64,000 bases of DNA from Deferribacterales bacterium (GCA_050253335.1 JBFWJG010000004.1:8462-72461), one strand, 5' to 3'; counted from the first letter of the stretch, positions 27,075 to 37,811 are shown. Program-made: numbers and translations. The notes: generated by a model from the sequence alone, not told the origin.

Positions 27075-28458
27075 GCTTCTGCTCCAGCCATGCGGCAAGC
27101 TCCCCTGAAAATCTGGTTATGCTTCCCGCCCCCTGAGTGAGTATGAGGCTGTTGTCGCAGCCTGATTCCTCAAGGTATCTGTAAATATCATCGAAGGAGG
27201 GGAGATAGTGCACATCTTTGAAGCCTCTCTCCTTTATCTCCTTCACAAGCGTCTGAGCGGTTATGCCCTCTATGGGCTCCTCGCTGGCGGCGTATATATC
27301 TGTTATGAAGAGCCTGTCCGCATCGAAGAAGCATGTGGAAAACTCATTCATAAGCGTCTGCGTTCTGGAATACCTGTGCGGCTGGAAGACAACAACAATC
27401 CTCCTGCTGCCGTATGCCTCCCTGATGGCCTTCAGGGTGGTTTTTATCTCTGTCGGGTGGTGGCCGTAGTCGTCAAGCACCGTACAGCAGTTGCTGTCAT
27501 AGCGTACGGTGAGCCTTCTCTGCACACCCTCGAATTCCTCAAGAGCCTTCTTGCACACACGGAAGGGTATATCAAACTCCGCCGCCACGGCGATTGCCGC
27601 CAGAGCGTTCTGCACGTTGTGCTCGCCGGGGAAGTTCAGGTTGATTCTTCCCATGTTTTTGCCGTTTATCACCACGCCGAAGGAAACGGCGAATCCGTGC
27701 TTTTCGATATCCGCGCTGTGCACGTCCGCCTGAGCGGAGAGGCCGTATGTCACGAAGCGGCGGTCAATGCGTTTTATGAGCTCCGCAGTGTTAGCATCAT
27801 CCAGACAAAGAACGTTCAGACCGTAGAAAGGCACTCTGGAAGCGAAGTCGCGGAAGCTGTCCTTAACCTCGTCCATTGTGGCGTAGGTGTCCGTGTGTTC
27901 GAAATCTATGTTGGTGATCACCGCCACTGTGGGCTGAAGCATGAGGAAGCTTTTGTCGGATTCGTCCGCTTCTGCGATCATTATATTGCTGTTCCCTTTG
28001 AGGGCGTTGGAGTCCCTTCTGTTGAGTATGCCGCCCACAACCACGGTGGGGTCAAGCTCGGCCTTATTGAAGATTTCCGCAACCATTGATGTTGTTGTGG
28101 TTTTGCCGTGACTGCCCGCAATCGCTATGGAATATTTCATCCTCATGAGCTCAGCCAGCATCTCGCCCCGTTTTATCACTGGGATGAAATTATCTCTGGC
28201 GTATATAAGTTCGGGGTTGCTGCTTTTCACCGCGGAGGAATATACAACAGCGTCCGCACCGACGGCGTTTTCCGCCAGATGTCCCACGAACACTTTTATC
28301 CCCATGGCGCGGAGGCGTTTGCAGTTTGCGCTGTCCGCTATGTCCGAGCCTGTTATCTTAAAGCCCATGGAGTGGAGGATTTCGGCAAGACCGCTCATGC
28401 CGATTCCGCCTATACCTACAAAATGTATATTCCGTACTTTCCCGAATACCTCAGTCAA
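27064..28458 (-). CDS. murC: UDP-N-acetylmuramate--L-alanine ligase
   Basis: IHFVGIGGIGMSG, GSHGKTTTT, EADESD, DDYGHHPTE, FQPHRYSRT. Confidence 0.98.
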   Translation of the reverse strand: MTEVFGKVRNIHFVGIGGIGMSGLAEILHSMGFKITGSDIADSANCKRLRAMGIKVFVGHLAENAVGADAVVYSSAVKSSNPELIYARDNFIPVIKRGEMLAELMRMKYSIAIAGSHGKTTTTSMVAEIFNKAELDPTVVVGGILNRRDSNALKGNSNIMIAEADESDKSFLMLQPTVAVITNIDFEHTDTYATMDEVKDSFRDFASRVPFYGLNVLCLDDANTAELIKRIDRRFVTYGLSAQADVHSADIEKHGFAVSFGVVINGKNMGRINLNFPGEHNVQNALAAIAVAAEFDIPFRVCKKALEEFEGVQRRLTVRYDSNCCTVLDDYGHHPTEIKTTLKAIREAYGSRRIVVVFQPHRYSRTQTLMNEFSTCFFDADRLFITDIYAASEEPIEGITAQTLVKEIKERGFKDVHYLPSFDDIYRYLEESGCDNSLILTQGAGSITRFSGELAAWLEQKHEK

Positions 28459-29521
28459 GTTCCATACCTCTTGCTATTATTTCAGGGCTGTTCAGATATT
28501 TTATACCCGCCAGCCTGTCTTTTACTTCCTGTTTCTGTGACCACTCAATCATTTCTTTAAGCCTTTCCGGATTTGACCCGCTCTCCGTCATAACCTTCGC
28601 TATGCCGAGTTTTTCGGCGAAGAGGGCATTGTAAAGCTGGTGTTCGTCCGCGGCCTGCGCGAATGGAACAAAAACAGCGGGACGGCGCGCGTACATGGTT
28701 TCAAAAACAGTGCCTGAACCCGCGCGGGCTATGACCACATCCGCTTTTTCGTATTCATCCGCCACGTTCTCTATGTAGCTCCGCACATCCGCCTCTGCGC
28801 CTGCATTGCGGTAGTCCTCAAGAGCTTCGTCATAAAGCTTCGCGCCCGCCTGATGGGTTATGCTCCATCCTGCGTCCTTCAGCGTTTTTGCCGATTTCGC
28901 CATGAGCCTGTTTAGAAACCTGCTCCCCTGACTTCCGCCGAGAACCAGAATCCGCTTGGTCTGCTCAGCCTTCGGTGTGCAGGAGGCAAACTCAGTCCTG
29001 ACAGGATTGCCCGCGTGCACCGTGTTCCCTTTCGCCTTGAGCGTTCCCTCAAATGAGAGGAAAACCTTTCTGCTGAAAACGGCGAATATTCTGTTGGTAA
29101 GCCCCATCACACTGTTCTGCTCGTGCAGATACAGCCTTGCACCCTTAAGCACTGCGGCTACTGCGGGTGCTGCCGCGGCGAAACCGCCTGTGAGGAGCAC
29201 AGTGTCTGTCTTCTTTATTTTTTTAAGCATCCTGAAGACTTCCCTGACAAGGAGCATGACGGAGCGTATTCTGCCCGCCGTGCCTATTCCTTTGAGGGGA
29301 GTCTGCGGCTGTTCGTAAAAGTCATATCCTTTTGCCGAAAGTATCTTTTTCTCGATCCCTCTGTCTGAGACCATGAAAAATACTTCCACATCCTTATCCC
29401 TCAGATAATCCGCAACGGCGATTCCCGGATAAAGATGTCCGCCCGTACCGCCGCCGGCTATCACTAGTCTTCTTGCTTTGCGCACGGCGAATCTCCCTCC
29501 GTGGAGTTTTTCTTCATTCAT
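28451..29521 (-). CDS. murG: Lipid II GlcNAc transferase MurG
   Basis: GGGTGGHLYPG, HEQN, GNPVR, GGSQGS, HQ..NA. Confidence 0.97.
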   Translation of the reverse strand: MNEEKLHGGRFAVRKARRLVIAGGGTGGHLYPGIAVADYLRDKDVEVFFMVSDRGIEKKILSAKGYDFYEQPQTPLKGIGTAGRIRSVMLLVREVFRMLKKIKKTDTVLLTGGFAAAAPAVAAVLKGARLYLHEQNSVMGLTNRIFAVFSRKVFLSFEGTLKAKGNTVHAGNPVRTEFASCTPKAEQTKRILVLGGSQGSRFLNRLMAKSAKTLKDAGWSITHQAGAKLYDEALEDYRNAGAEADVRSYIENVADEYEKADVVIARAGSGTVFETMYARRPAVFVPFAQAADEHQLYNALFAEKLGIAKVMTESGSNPERLKEMIEWSQKQEVKDRLAGIKYLNSPEIIARGMELD

Positions 29522-30603
29522 GAGCCCGCCTCCTCTGCACTGCGCAGAAGAACGCCGACCATAAGAAGGGAGATCATCATGTTCGAACCGCCGTAGCTGA
29601 CCAGCGGGAGGCCGATTCCCTTTGTGGGAAGGAGACCCGTAACCACTGATATATGAAGCAGAGCCTGAACAAACAGGCTGAAAGCCAGCCCGAATGTGAG
29701 CAGTTTATAGAAAAGCTCCTTGTGCCTGAGAGCCACCTTCACGCTTATTATAAAAAAGGCCGTCACCGTAACAAGAACCGCGAGGGAGCCCAGAAGCCCT
29801 GTTTCCTCTGCGATTATCGCGTATATGAAGTCCGTATGCGCCTCGGGGAGAAAGTAAAGCTTCTGGGAGGAGTTGCCCACTCCCTTGCCGAATATCCCGC
29901 CGCTGCCCACTGCAGTGAGCGACTGCACAAGCTGATAGCCTGTTCCGTAGCGGTCTTCCCATGGGTCCAGGAAGCTCATTATCCTGCCCTTCCTGTAACC
30001 CATGAAAAGCCCTGCGGTTATAATAGGAGCGATGAACCCTATGACGCCGATCATGTGGCGCATGTGGGCACCGCCTATCAGAAACAGCGTGAATGACACG
30101 CAGATTATAAGCAGTGTTGTTCCGTAGTCCGGCTCGCTAAGTATAAGCGCGCCGATTATCCCCAGCATTATGGAAGCGGGGAGGAAGCCTGTGGTAAAGT
30201 CGTTGAGCCTGCCTTCCTTCTTGTCCAGATAGTGGGCAAGATAAAGTATGCAGGTGAATTTTGCCAGTTCCGAAGGCTGAAGGCTGAACCCGGGGAGAAG
30301 GATCCACCTGTGCGAACCGTTCAGCTTGGGGAAAAAGAACACGGAAATCAGCAGTATCAGTGTCAGGAAATAGAGCGCCGGCACAAATCTGCGCCATGTT
30401 TTCAGCGGGATGCTGTATGCGCCGTACATGAGCCCCAGACCTATGAAGACCGCCAGAAGCTGCTTGTTGAAGAAGTAAAGCTCGCCTTTGTCCAGCCTGA
30501 GAGCCTGTATTGAGCCCGCAGAGAACACGAATATCAGCCCCAAGGTTATGAGGACTGAGGCGATTATCAGAATTTGCAGCCGTTCGTCTTTAATCTGAAA
30601 CAC
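29518..30603 (-). CDS. ftsW: Peptidoglycan glycosyltransferase FtsW
   Basis: RWI....SLQPSE.AK, PDYGT, LPEAHTDFI, LP.KGI.LPLVSYGGS. Confidence 0.96.
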   Translation of the reverse strand: MFQIKDERLQILIIASVLITLGLIFVFSAGSIQALRLDKGELYFFNKQLLAVFIGLGLMYGAYSIPLKTWRRFVPALYFLTLILLISVFFFPKLNGSHRWILLPGFSLQPSELAKFTCILYLAHYLDKKEGRLNDFTTGFLPASIMLGIIGALILSEPDYGTTLLIICVSFTLFLIGGAHMRHMIGVIGFIAPIITAGLFMGYRKGRIMSFLDPWEDRYGTGYQLVQSLTAVGSGGIFGKGVGNSSQKLYFLPEAHTDFIYAIIAEETGLLGSLAVLVTVTAFFIISVKVALRHKELFYKLLTFGLAFSLFVQALLHISVVTGLLPTKGIGLPLVSYGGSNMMISLLMVGVLLRSAEEAGS

Positions 30604-30604
30604 T

Positions 30605-31864
30605 TTATTTTCCGCCGAGTTCCTTTACTATCTGCATGAATCTCTCTCCGCGCTCCTCGAAATTGTTGAAGCTGTCGTAGCTTGAGCATGCTGGTGTGAG
30701 TATAACGTTGCTCCCTTTCGGGGCTACGTTAAGGCCTGTTTTTATTGCCTGCTCCATGGTGGGAGCGGTTACAAAGTCGCATGTGAGAAGCCCTTTAAGC
30801 TTATCCTTTATCACGCCCGCCGCTTCGCCGTAGGCTATCACGGTGCTTGCCGCCCTGTTGAGCTCGTCGGCCAGAAGACCGAAGTCCCCGTTCTTGTCCC
30901 GCCCGCCGAGTATGATAACGTTCCCCGCCTTTGCGCCTTTAAGGCAGGCGAGGGTGGAGTAAACATTTGTGGCTTTTGAGTCGTTTATGAAACTGACCCC
31001 GTCAATCGTGCCGGAATACTCGCACCTGTGCGGAAGTCCTCTGAGGTTTTCCACCGCAGGGGTTATATCGCCTTTGAAGTTCAGCAGGCTGTCCGCTGAA
31101 ACAAGGGAAAAGGCGAGATTAAGGAGGTTGTGAGTTCCGAACAGCGGAAATCTTGCCGTGTCCAGACTGTACGCTCCGAAATCCATCGTTTTCCCTGTGA
31201 GTTTCGGGAAGCCGTTCATGGCCTCGTTTATTATAATTCTTCTGCCTTTGTAGTATTCAGCGTGCTTCAGAAGCTCGGCCTCATCGGGCAGAACGGCAAA
31301 GCCGTCATCTTTCACGAACCTGAGCACGTCCATTTTCGCTTTTATGTAGGCTTCATAGCTCGGATATCTGTCCAGATGATCCGGAGCGAGGTTGGTAACC
31401 GCCGCCATATCAGCCTTAAAATTGCGCAGAAGCTCGATCTGGAAGCTGGAAAGTTCCAGAACAAACACATCGTACCCGCCTTTCAGCACCACTTCGCCGA
31501 ACGGGATGCCTATGTTGCCGCATGCAACGGCTCTGAGCCCTGCGTTTTCCAGTATCTGCGCTGTGAGATAGGTCACTGTGGACTTGCCGTTTGTGCCTGT
31601 CATCACCATTATTTTTCCTTTTCCGGCGAGAGCTTCGTAAGCAAGTTCTATCTCGCTGGTAAGGTTATCTATTTTCAGCCCCCGCTTGATTATGTCGATG
31701 CCGGGGCTCACAGCCACCCTGTCATACCCGTTTTTAAATTCGGATATGGAAGGATACGCGTTGTTTTTATCCTCAAAAATGTCAACCTGCACTGCGCCTG
31801 CGTGTCTGAGAAGGGTTTCAGCCGCTTTGCCGCTTTTGCCGTAGCCTAGTACTGCCGCTTTCAT
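30605..31864 (-). CDS. murD: UDP-MurNAc-L-Ala--D-glutamate ligase
   Basis: TGTNGKST, ELSSFQ, DHLDRY, NDSKATN, PACSS.D.F.NFEERG. Confidence 0.97.
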   Translation of the reverse strand: MKAAVLGYGKSGKAAETLLRHAGAVQVDIFEDKNNAYPSISEFKNGYDRVAVSPGIDIIKRGLKIDNLTSEIELAYEALAGKGKIMVMTGTNGKSTVTYLTAQILENAGLRAVACGNIGIPFGEVVLKGGYDVFVLELSSFQIELLRNFKADMAAVTNLAPDHLDRYPSYEAYIKAKMDVLRFVKDDGFAVLPDEAELLKHAEYYKGRRIIINEAMNGFPKLTGKTMDFGAYSLDTARFPLFGTHNLLNLAFSLVSADSLLNFKGDITPAVENLRGLPHRCEYSGTIDGVSFINDSKATNVYSTLACLKGAKAGNVIILGGRDKNGDFGLLADELNRAASTVIAYGEAAGVIKDKLKGLLTCDFVTAPTMEQAIKTGLNVAPKGSNVILTPACSSYDSFNNFEERGERFMQIVKELGGK

Positions 31865-31870
31865 AGTTCT

Positions 31871-32956
31871 TTACCTCAGTTTAAGCGTACTGAGCGCAAT
31901 GAGCGCCAGAACGAAGGAAATAATCCAGAACCGCACGGTTATTTTCGTTTCGCTCCATCCTTTGAGCTCGAAGTGGTGATGAATGGGCGCCATTCTGAAA
32001 AGACGCTTTCCGTGAGTGGCCTTGTAAAAGCCCACCTGAAGGATAACGCTTACCGTTTCGATGACAAACACGCCTCCGACTATGGCAAGCACAAGCTCAT
32101 GCTTGGAGATAACGGACACTATGCCCATTGCTCCGCCTATGGAGAGGCTTCCCACATCCCCCATGAACACGCTCGCGGGGAAGGCGTTGTACCAGAGAAA
32201 GCCCAGTCCCGCGCCGACCATAGCGCCGCAGAATACCGCAAGCTCCCCCGAACCTTTTACATAAATGATGTTCAGATAGTGCGCAAACTCGCTGTGTCCC
32301 GTGAAGTAAACAAAAAAACACAGTGTGCCGAACGAGATAACCGAAGGCGCTATGGCAAGTCCGTCCAGCCCGTCCGTGATGTTCACCGCGTTTGATGTGC
32401 CCACTATGACAAACAGGGCGAACACAAAATAGAATATCGAAAGGTCTATCACCGCGGTTTTCAGGAAGGGCATGGCGAGAACTGTCGCCGTTTTCCCTTT
32501 ATCCACATATATGATAAGCGCTATGGCTATTACTCCGGTAAAAACCTGCCCCCAGAACTTTGTCCTTGCCTTGAGCCCCTTGGGGTTCTTTTTTACTGTT
32601 TTAATATAGTCGTCCACGAAGCCTATGACACCGTATGAGACGAAGGTGAATATTGTGATCCAAATGTACGGGTTGGTGAGATCCGCCCAGAGGAGGGTGG
32701 ACACGCTGCCTGCGATCACTATCATTATTCCGCCCATTGTAGGCGTGCCTTCCTTAACCTTGTGGGTGGCGGGCTCAAAGCCTTTTGACTTCATGGAAAA
32801 GGCCATCTCCTTCAGCTTTCTTATGATGAACGGAGCGATAATAAGCGTAATGACCAGAGCGGTAAGGGTCGCATACGCCGTGCGGAATGTGATGTAGCGG
32901 AAGACGTTGAAAATGCTCCAGACGTCTGATAACGGAACCAGCAGGTTATACAGCAC
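31871..32956 (-). CDS. mraY: Phospho-N-acetylmuramoyl-pentapeptide transferase
   Basis: K.GTPTMGG, SNAVN.TDGLDGL, VFMGD.GSL, MAPIHHHFE. Confidence 0.98.
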   Translation of the reverse strand: MLYNLLVPLSDVWSIFNVFRYITFRTAYATLTALVITLIIAPFIIRKLKEMAFSMKSKGFEPATHKVKEGTPTMGGIMIVIAGSVSTLLWADLTNPYIWITIFTFVSYGVIGFVDDYIKTVKKNPKGLKARTKFWGQVFTGVIAIALIIYVDKGKTATVLAMPFLKTAVIDLSIFYFVFALFVIVGTSNAVNITDGLDGLAIAPSVISFGTLCFFVYFTGHSEFAHYLNIIYVKGSGELAVFCGAMVGAGLGFLWYNAFPASVFMGDVGSLSIGGAMGIVSVISKHELVLAIVGGVFVIETVSVILQVGFYKATHGKRLFRMAPIHHHFELKGWSETKITVRFWIISFVLALIALSTLKLR

Positions 32957-34301
32957 GCTTCTTTCTCTCCTGTTCCAGAAAGCTTATAAAGTCCTCGAAC
33001 TTCCTTGCTCTGGACGCTTTTATAAGAACCAGACCCTCCTCTATGAGAGCCACGGTTTCGTTAGCTTTTTCCTTTGTGGGCGCTGTTGTTATGTTCGCTG
33101 TTTCGGCGAATTTGCAGTAGCTCTGCCCCACGAATATGAAGTTTATTTCTGTCAGGCTTTTGGCCAGCTTATAAAGCTTGAGGTAAAGCATCTCCTCGAA
33201 GCCTTCTATTTCGCCCATTTCGCCTATTATGGCGTATTTTTTGGGTGCGTTTATCTCGGCAAGGTTTTTAACCGCGCTCATTATGGATTCGAACCCTGCA
33301 TTGTAGGTGTCGTCTATTACCTTGATGCCGCCGACGCTTACCATCGCCCCTCTGCCCGTTACGGGTTTGAAGGCGAGTATGCCCGTCATCACATCCTGAT
33401 AGTCAAGTCCGGCTTCAAAGCCGATGCCTATAGCCGCCAGTGAGTTGGCTATGAAGTGGTCATAGGGGTGGTTCAGCATAAAGCAGTAGGGCACACCCCT
33501 GTAAACCGCCGTGAAGTAGAACTGCTCCCTGTTGTTTCGCCCTGCGTCCGCGAGGATCACGTCGGCGTTCATGCCTTCTCCGAAGTATTTCACGTCAACC
33601 GCGCCCATAACCCGCTCATCCAGATACATGCGGCATGATTCATGCACCCAGAGGGTTCCGCCGTTCATGCCGTTTATGATGGAGAGCTTCTCCTCGGCGA
33701 GTTTTTCCATGCTCCCCATTCTGCCTATGTGGGCGTGGCCTATGCCTGTGAGCACAGCCACATCCGGCTTGAGGTACATGGAGAGCTGTCCTATCTCCCC
33801 GGGGGAGTTTGTGCCGAATTCGAAAACGGCGCAGCTTGTCCTCATGTTGAGGTTGGCGGCGCAGATGGCAACCCCCAGTTCGTTGTTGTAATTGCCGTAT
33901 GCGGTGTAAACCTTTTTACGGGTGCGCAGAACGGAGCTTATCAGCTCCTTGGTGCTGGTTTTGCCCATGCTGCCCGTAATGGCTATTTTTGTTCCCTTGT
34001 AGTTTTTGAGCTTATATGCGCCCAGTGCTTTTATGGCGCTCAGCCCGTCACGGACAAGCACCTTGTTTCCGTTCAGGGTTTCATATATTTTGCCGTCGTC
34101 CACTATGACCAGAGACGCGCCCGCGTCCAGAGCCTTCTGTGCGTAAAGGTTTCCGTCGGTGTTCTCGCCGGAAAGAGCCGTAAAAATATCGCCTTCCTCG
34201 ACATTTCTGCTGTCGATAACAAGTTTTTTCACGTGCAGATCAAAAGGTGTGTCCGCTTTGATTACGCCGCCGAGGGCGTTTACGATCTCTTTCAGCTTCA
34301 T
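32946..34301 (-). CDS. murF: UDP-MurNAc-tripeptide--D-Ala-D-Ala ligase
   Basis: DSR, ITGS.GKTSTKE, GNYNNELG, IDDTYNA, KASR. Confidence 0.95.
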   Translation of the reverse strand: MKLKEIVNALGGVIKADTPFDLHVKKLVIDSRNVEEGDIFTALSGENTDGNLYAQKALDAGASLVIVDDGKIYETLNGNKVLVRDGLSAIKALGAYKLKNYKGTKIAITGSMGKTSTKELISSVLRTRKKVYTAYGNYNNELGVAICAANLNMRTSCAVFEFGTNSPGEIGQLSMYLKPDVAVLTGIGHAHIGRMGSMEKLAEEKLSIINGMNGGTLWVHESCRMYLDERVMGAVDVKYFGEGMNADVILADAGRNNREQFYFTAVYRGVPYCFMLNHPYDHFIANSLAAIGIGFEAGLDYQDVMTGILAFKPVTGRGAMVSVGGIKVIDDTYNAGFESIMSAVKNLAEINAPKKYAIIGEMGEIEGFEEMLYLKLYKLAKSLTEINFIFVGQSYCKFAETANITTAPTKEKANETVALIEEGLVLIKASRARKFEDFISFLEQERKKRAV

Positions 34302-34321
34302 CCATTTCCTCCGGGTCTGTC

Positions 34322-35767
34322 TTAATCCTGTTTAAGGAACTTTCTGACTTCTTCCCTGTCGTCAAAATGAATTTTCTCTTTTCCTATAACCATGTAATCC
34401 TCATGCCCCTTTCCGGCTATGAGGATGATGTCGTTCGGCTCCGCCTTCATGAGGGCGCTTTTGATCGCTTCTCCCCTGTCGGGACAGATAACGACCTTTT
34501 CGGCGTTCTCAAATCCTTTGAGAATATCCTCTATAATCTGCTGAGGGTCTTCCGTTCTGGGGTTGTCGCTGGTCACTATTATTTCGTCCGAGCAGTTCTC
34601 GGCCGCTTTTGCCATTCTGGGGCGCTTTGTCCTATCACGGTCTCCGCCGCAGCCGAAGATTGTTGTTATCTTCGTCTTCTTAAAGGGCGTAAGGGCTTCA
34701 AGCACGTTTATGAGTGCATCGTCAGTGTGTGCGTAGTCAACAAAAACGAATGCACCGTTCACTTCAAATTTTTCCAGCCTGCCCGGTACATTTTTGAGGT
34801 TTTCTATCCCCGCCGCTATGGCTTCATCGTTTATGCCGAGGGCTATGGCCGCTGAAACAGCCGCCAGTATGTTTTCAAGGTTGTGCAGTCCCACAAGGGT
34901 TGTGCGTATGTTGAACGTGTTGCCCGGGTAGCGCACTCTGGCGGTTATGCCGTTAAGGGTGAAGCCTATCTCCTCCGCGGAGATTTCCGCTCTTTCGCTG
35001 ACTCCGTATTTTATGGTGTCTATGCTTTTTTCTTTTATCAGCCTCATGCCGTAGTCATTGTCCATATTCACCACGGCTATGTTGGCGTAATCCTCCTGGA
35101 AGAGCCTGCGCTTTGCGGTGAAGTACTCCTCCATTGTGTGGTGGTAGTCCAAATGATCGCCCGAGAGGTTGGTGAACAGGGCAACGTCAAACTTTGTGCC
35201 GTAGAGCCTCTGCTGGTCGAGCGCGTGTGAGGAAACCTCGACAGCCAGAGCGTCGCACCCGTCTGCGGCGGCGTCTGCCAGCACCTTGTAGTAATCGTAT
35301 GATGAAGGCGTGGTGACGTTCGAGGGAACATCCTTGCCTGCGTATCTGTGTCCTGTGGTTCCCATTCTCAGGGGCTTTTTGCCTGCGGCCGCCATGATGG
35401 ATTCCAGCAGGTATGTCACTGTTGTTTTACCGTTTGTTCCGGTTACGCCTACCTTCTCCATCTTCTCGTCCGGCCTGCCGAAGAAGTTTCTGCATGCAAG
35501 AGCAAGCGCCTTTCTTCCGTCAGCTACGATTACAGTGGGGATGTTCTCAAGCTTCCTCTCAGCGGCGACAAACAGCACCTTTCCTTCCGCGTAAACCTTT
35601 TCCGCCACGCTGTGGGAGTCGAAAGTGGAGCCGGAATAGGCGAAGAACACACAGCCTTCCCTTATATCTCTGCTGTCGAAGCATACCGCCTTAACATCCG
35701 CCTCAAAATTGACATCGGCGTCAAATCCGGTAATTGATATTCCGTCAAAAAGGTTAAATGCTTTCAT
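34322..35767 (-). CDS. murE: UDP-MurNAc-dipeptide--meso-DAP ligase
   Basis: GVTGTNGKTT, EVSSHALDQ.R, DHLDYH, DYAHT.D, DNPR, AGKGHEDY. Confidence 0.97.
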   Translation of the reverse strand: MKAFNLFDGISITGFDADVNFEADVKAVCFDSRDIREGCVFFAYSGSTFDSHSVAEKVYAEGKVLFVAAERKLENIPTVIVADGRKALALACRNFFGRPDEKMEKVGVTGTNGKTTVTYLLESIMAAAGKKPLRMGTTGHRYAGKDVPSNVTTPSSYDYYKVLADAAADGCDALAVEVSSHALDQQRLYGTKFDVALFTNLSGDHLDYHHTMEEYFTAKRRLFQEDYANIAVVNMDNDYGMRLIKEKSIDTIKYGVSERAEISAEEIGFTLNGITARVRYPGNTFNIRTTLVGLHNLENILAAVSAAIALGINDEAIAAGIENLKNVPGRLEKFEVNGAFVFVDYAHTDDALINVLEALTPFKKTKITTIFGCGGDRDRTKRPRMAKAAENCSDEIIVTSDNPRTEDPQQIIEDILKGFENAEKVVICPDRGEAIKSALMKAEPNDIILIAGKGHEDYMVIGKEKIHFDDREEVRKFLKQD

Positions 35768-37433
35768 CGACATCTTTCCCCTGTAGGCCGAGATAAAGCG
35801 AAGTAAGCTCAGCAAGCCTTCTGAAAGTTACCGCGGCTGTGGAGCCGCCGTAGATGCTGAGTTTCGGGCTGTCGTAAACGACCACCATCGCAACTCCCGG
35901 ATTTTGCGCAGGGTAGAATCCGGCAAAGCTCGCCGTGTATTCCCTGCTGCTGTACGCTCCCGAGGCCTTGTCAAATTTCTGCCCCGTGCCTGTTTTGCCT
36001 GCTATCTCCACGAACGAGGATTTAGCCTTCTGCCCTGTTCCTTCCCTGACAACATCCGCGAGGAGAGCCCGCATCGCAGCCGAGGTTGCTTCGGACATAA
36101 CCGGCGTTTTCTGAGGTTCGGGAGATTCCTCACGTCCGTTTTTTTCCACCTTCTCAACTATGGAAGGTGTAACGAGAAAACCGCCGTTAGCCACGGCGGC
36201 GTAAAATCTTGCCATCTGAAGAGGTGTTACAAGTATCTCTTGCCCCATGGAAAGGGAGGGCCGCGACAGTCCCGACCATTGCTTATAATTCCGCAGGAGC
36301 CCGTCCTCTTCGCTTATTCCGCTTATTCCGGTTTTCTGTCCGAAACCGGCGCTGCGCATATAATCGTAAAAATCTCTCCGGTCGACCTTGTCCGTGAGCT
36401 TTATCATTCCTATGTTGCTGGATTTAACCAGAACCTCTTTTGCTGTTGCCATGCCAAGCGGCTTAACGTCTTTTACCGTGTGTCCGTGGATTTTAAACTT
36501 TCCGTTTTCGCAGTTGACTGTTTTTGCAAGGTCAAGCCCCTGTTTTTCCAGAAGGTAGGAAAAGGCAACGGGCTTATATATGGACCCGGGTTCAAAAAGG
36601 AAAGTAGCTACATCGTTTTTCCATGTTTTGTCGCTGTAGCGGCTGTAGTTGTTGGGATCGTAGTTGTCGCTGGAGGCGGCGAATATCACGTCTCCTGTTT
36701 TTATGTCTATGCCCACCGCTATGCCGCGCTCGGCGTTGAACTCCTCCACGCCTTTGCGGAGAAGGTATTCCGCAGTACCCTGAAGGTAGGTGTCTATTGT
36801 CACGTAGAGGGCGCTTTCCGCATGGGTTTTCGCCTTGTTGTCCTCAAAAAGGATAAGGTGTCCTTTGTTGTCCTTGAGTGTCACAAGGTTTATCTTCTCG
36901 CCTTTGAGCACATCGTCATATCTGTTTTCAAGTCCCCAGAGCCCCTGATTGTCAACCCCTGTGAAGCCGATGATTGACGCGGCGAGATGCCGTTCGGGGT
37001 AGAATCTGTTTTCGCTGAGGGTGTACTCTATCTCCGGCACAAGCTCCTTCACCTTTCTGGCGAGAGCTATGTTCACATTTCTCTCCACCCAGACGAAGCC
37101 TTCATTCTTGAGCAGTCTTGTTCTGGTGGTTTTGGAGAGCTTGATTCCCGCCTTGTTCAGTCTGTTTATGAAATCCTTTCTGTTTTTGAGGTTTGATGCA
37201 AAAACATAAAGGGACGCAACTTTCTTGTTCACCGCAAGGGGTTTTCCGTTGCGGTCATAAATTGTGCCTCTTCCTTTGTAGGCGGCGTATTCGCTTTCGG
37301 CCTGAGAGCCTGCGATTTCAGCGAAAAAGTCCCCTTTTACCACCTGCAGAAAAAAAAGACGCCCCGAGATTATCACCCCGAGGACTATGGAAAGATAAAT
37401 AAAGAATCTTATCCTGCTTCGTTCACTGAACAT
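35754..37433 (-). CDS. ftsI: Class B penicillin-binding protein FtsI (PBP3)
   Basis: RGTIYDRNG, EPGSIYK (SxxK), KSSNIG (SxN), KTGT. Confidence 0.95.
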   Translation of the reverse strand: MFSERSRIRFFIYLSIVLGVIISGRLFFLQVVKGDFFAEIAGSQAESEYAAYKGRGTIYDRNGKPLAVNKKVASLYVFASNLKNRKDFINRLNKAGIKLSKTTRTRLLKNEGFVWVERNVNIALARKVKELVPEIEYTLSENRFYPERHLAASIIGFTGVDNQGLWGLENRYDDVLKGEKINLVTLKDNKGHLILFEDNKAKTHAESALYVTIDTYLQGTAEYLLRKGVEEFNAERGIAVGIDIKTGDVIFAASSDNYDPNNYSRYSDKTWKNDVATFLFEPGSIYKPVAFSYLLEKQGLDLAKTVNCENGKFKIHGHTVKDVKPLGMATAKEVLVKSSNIGMIKLTDKVDRRDFYDYMRSAGFGQKTGISGISEEDGLLRNYKQWSGLSRPSLSMGQEILVTPLQMARFYAAVANGGFLVTPSIVEKVEKNGREESPEPQKTPVMSEATSAAMRALLADVVREGTGQKAKSSFVEIAGKTGTGQKFDKASGAYSSREYTASFAGFYPAQNPGVAMVVVYDSPKLSIYGGSTAAVTFRRLAELTSLYLGLQGKDVDESI

Positions 37434-37734
37434 TAAATGTCCTGTCCATATCAGGCAGAACCAGTCCCATGTTTTCCCCCATCTTGTAGAGGCTTGCAGT
37501 GTCCCGCATTTCGGACTGCTTTTCCTGCATGAGCTGATACTGGATCTCCATTTCGTTTAAGTCCGCCGCCAGCCTGCTTATGGCGTAGCCTTCACGGACG
37601 CAGAGGTGTCTGACATATACTATGAGAAAGACCGATATAATGAGCAGGGCCCACAAAAGAACCTTTCCGGTGCTTAGGGTGTTTTCGCCGTTTGATTCAT
37701 AAACCTTGTCCCAGTAAATCGTTTTAGCTCTCAT
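37423..37734 (-). CDS. ftsL: Cell division protein FtsL
   Basis: Single TM plus coiled coil, between rsmH and ftsI. Confidence 0.75.
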   Translation of the reverse strand: MRAKTIYWDKVYESNGENTLSTGKVLLWALLIISVFLIVYVRHLCVREGYAISRLAADLNEMEIQYQLMQEKQSEMRDTASLYKMGENMGLVLPDMDRTFNVQ

Positions 37735-37811
37735 AGGTTCCTTCCCATGTCTGATAGTTTTATTAAGGCTCCCCGGACGGCGTACCCCGCCCGAGGAAAC
37801 CTGCCTCTAAT

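Noticed and set aside
27064..27100. murB missing between murC and ddl
   Set aside because: murB lies outside the dcw cluster in many bacteria; murC and ddl overlap cleanly with no remnant
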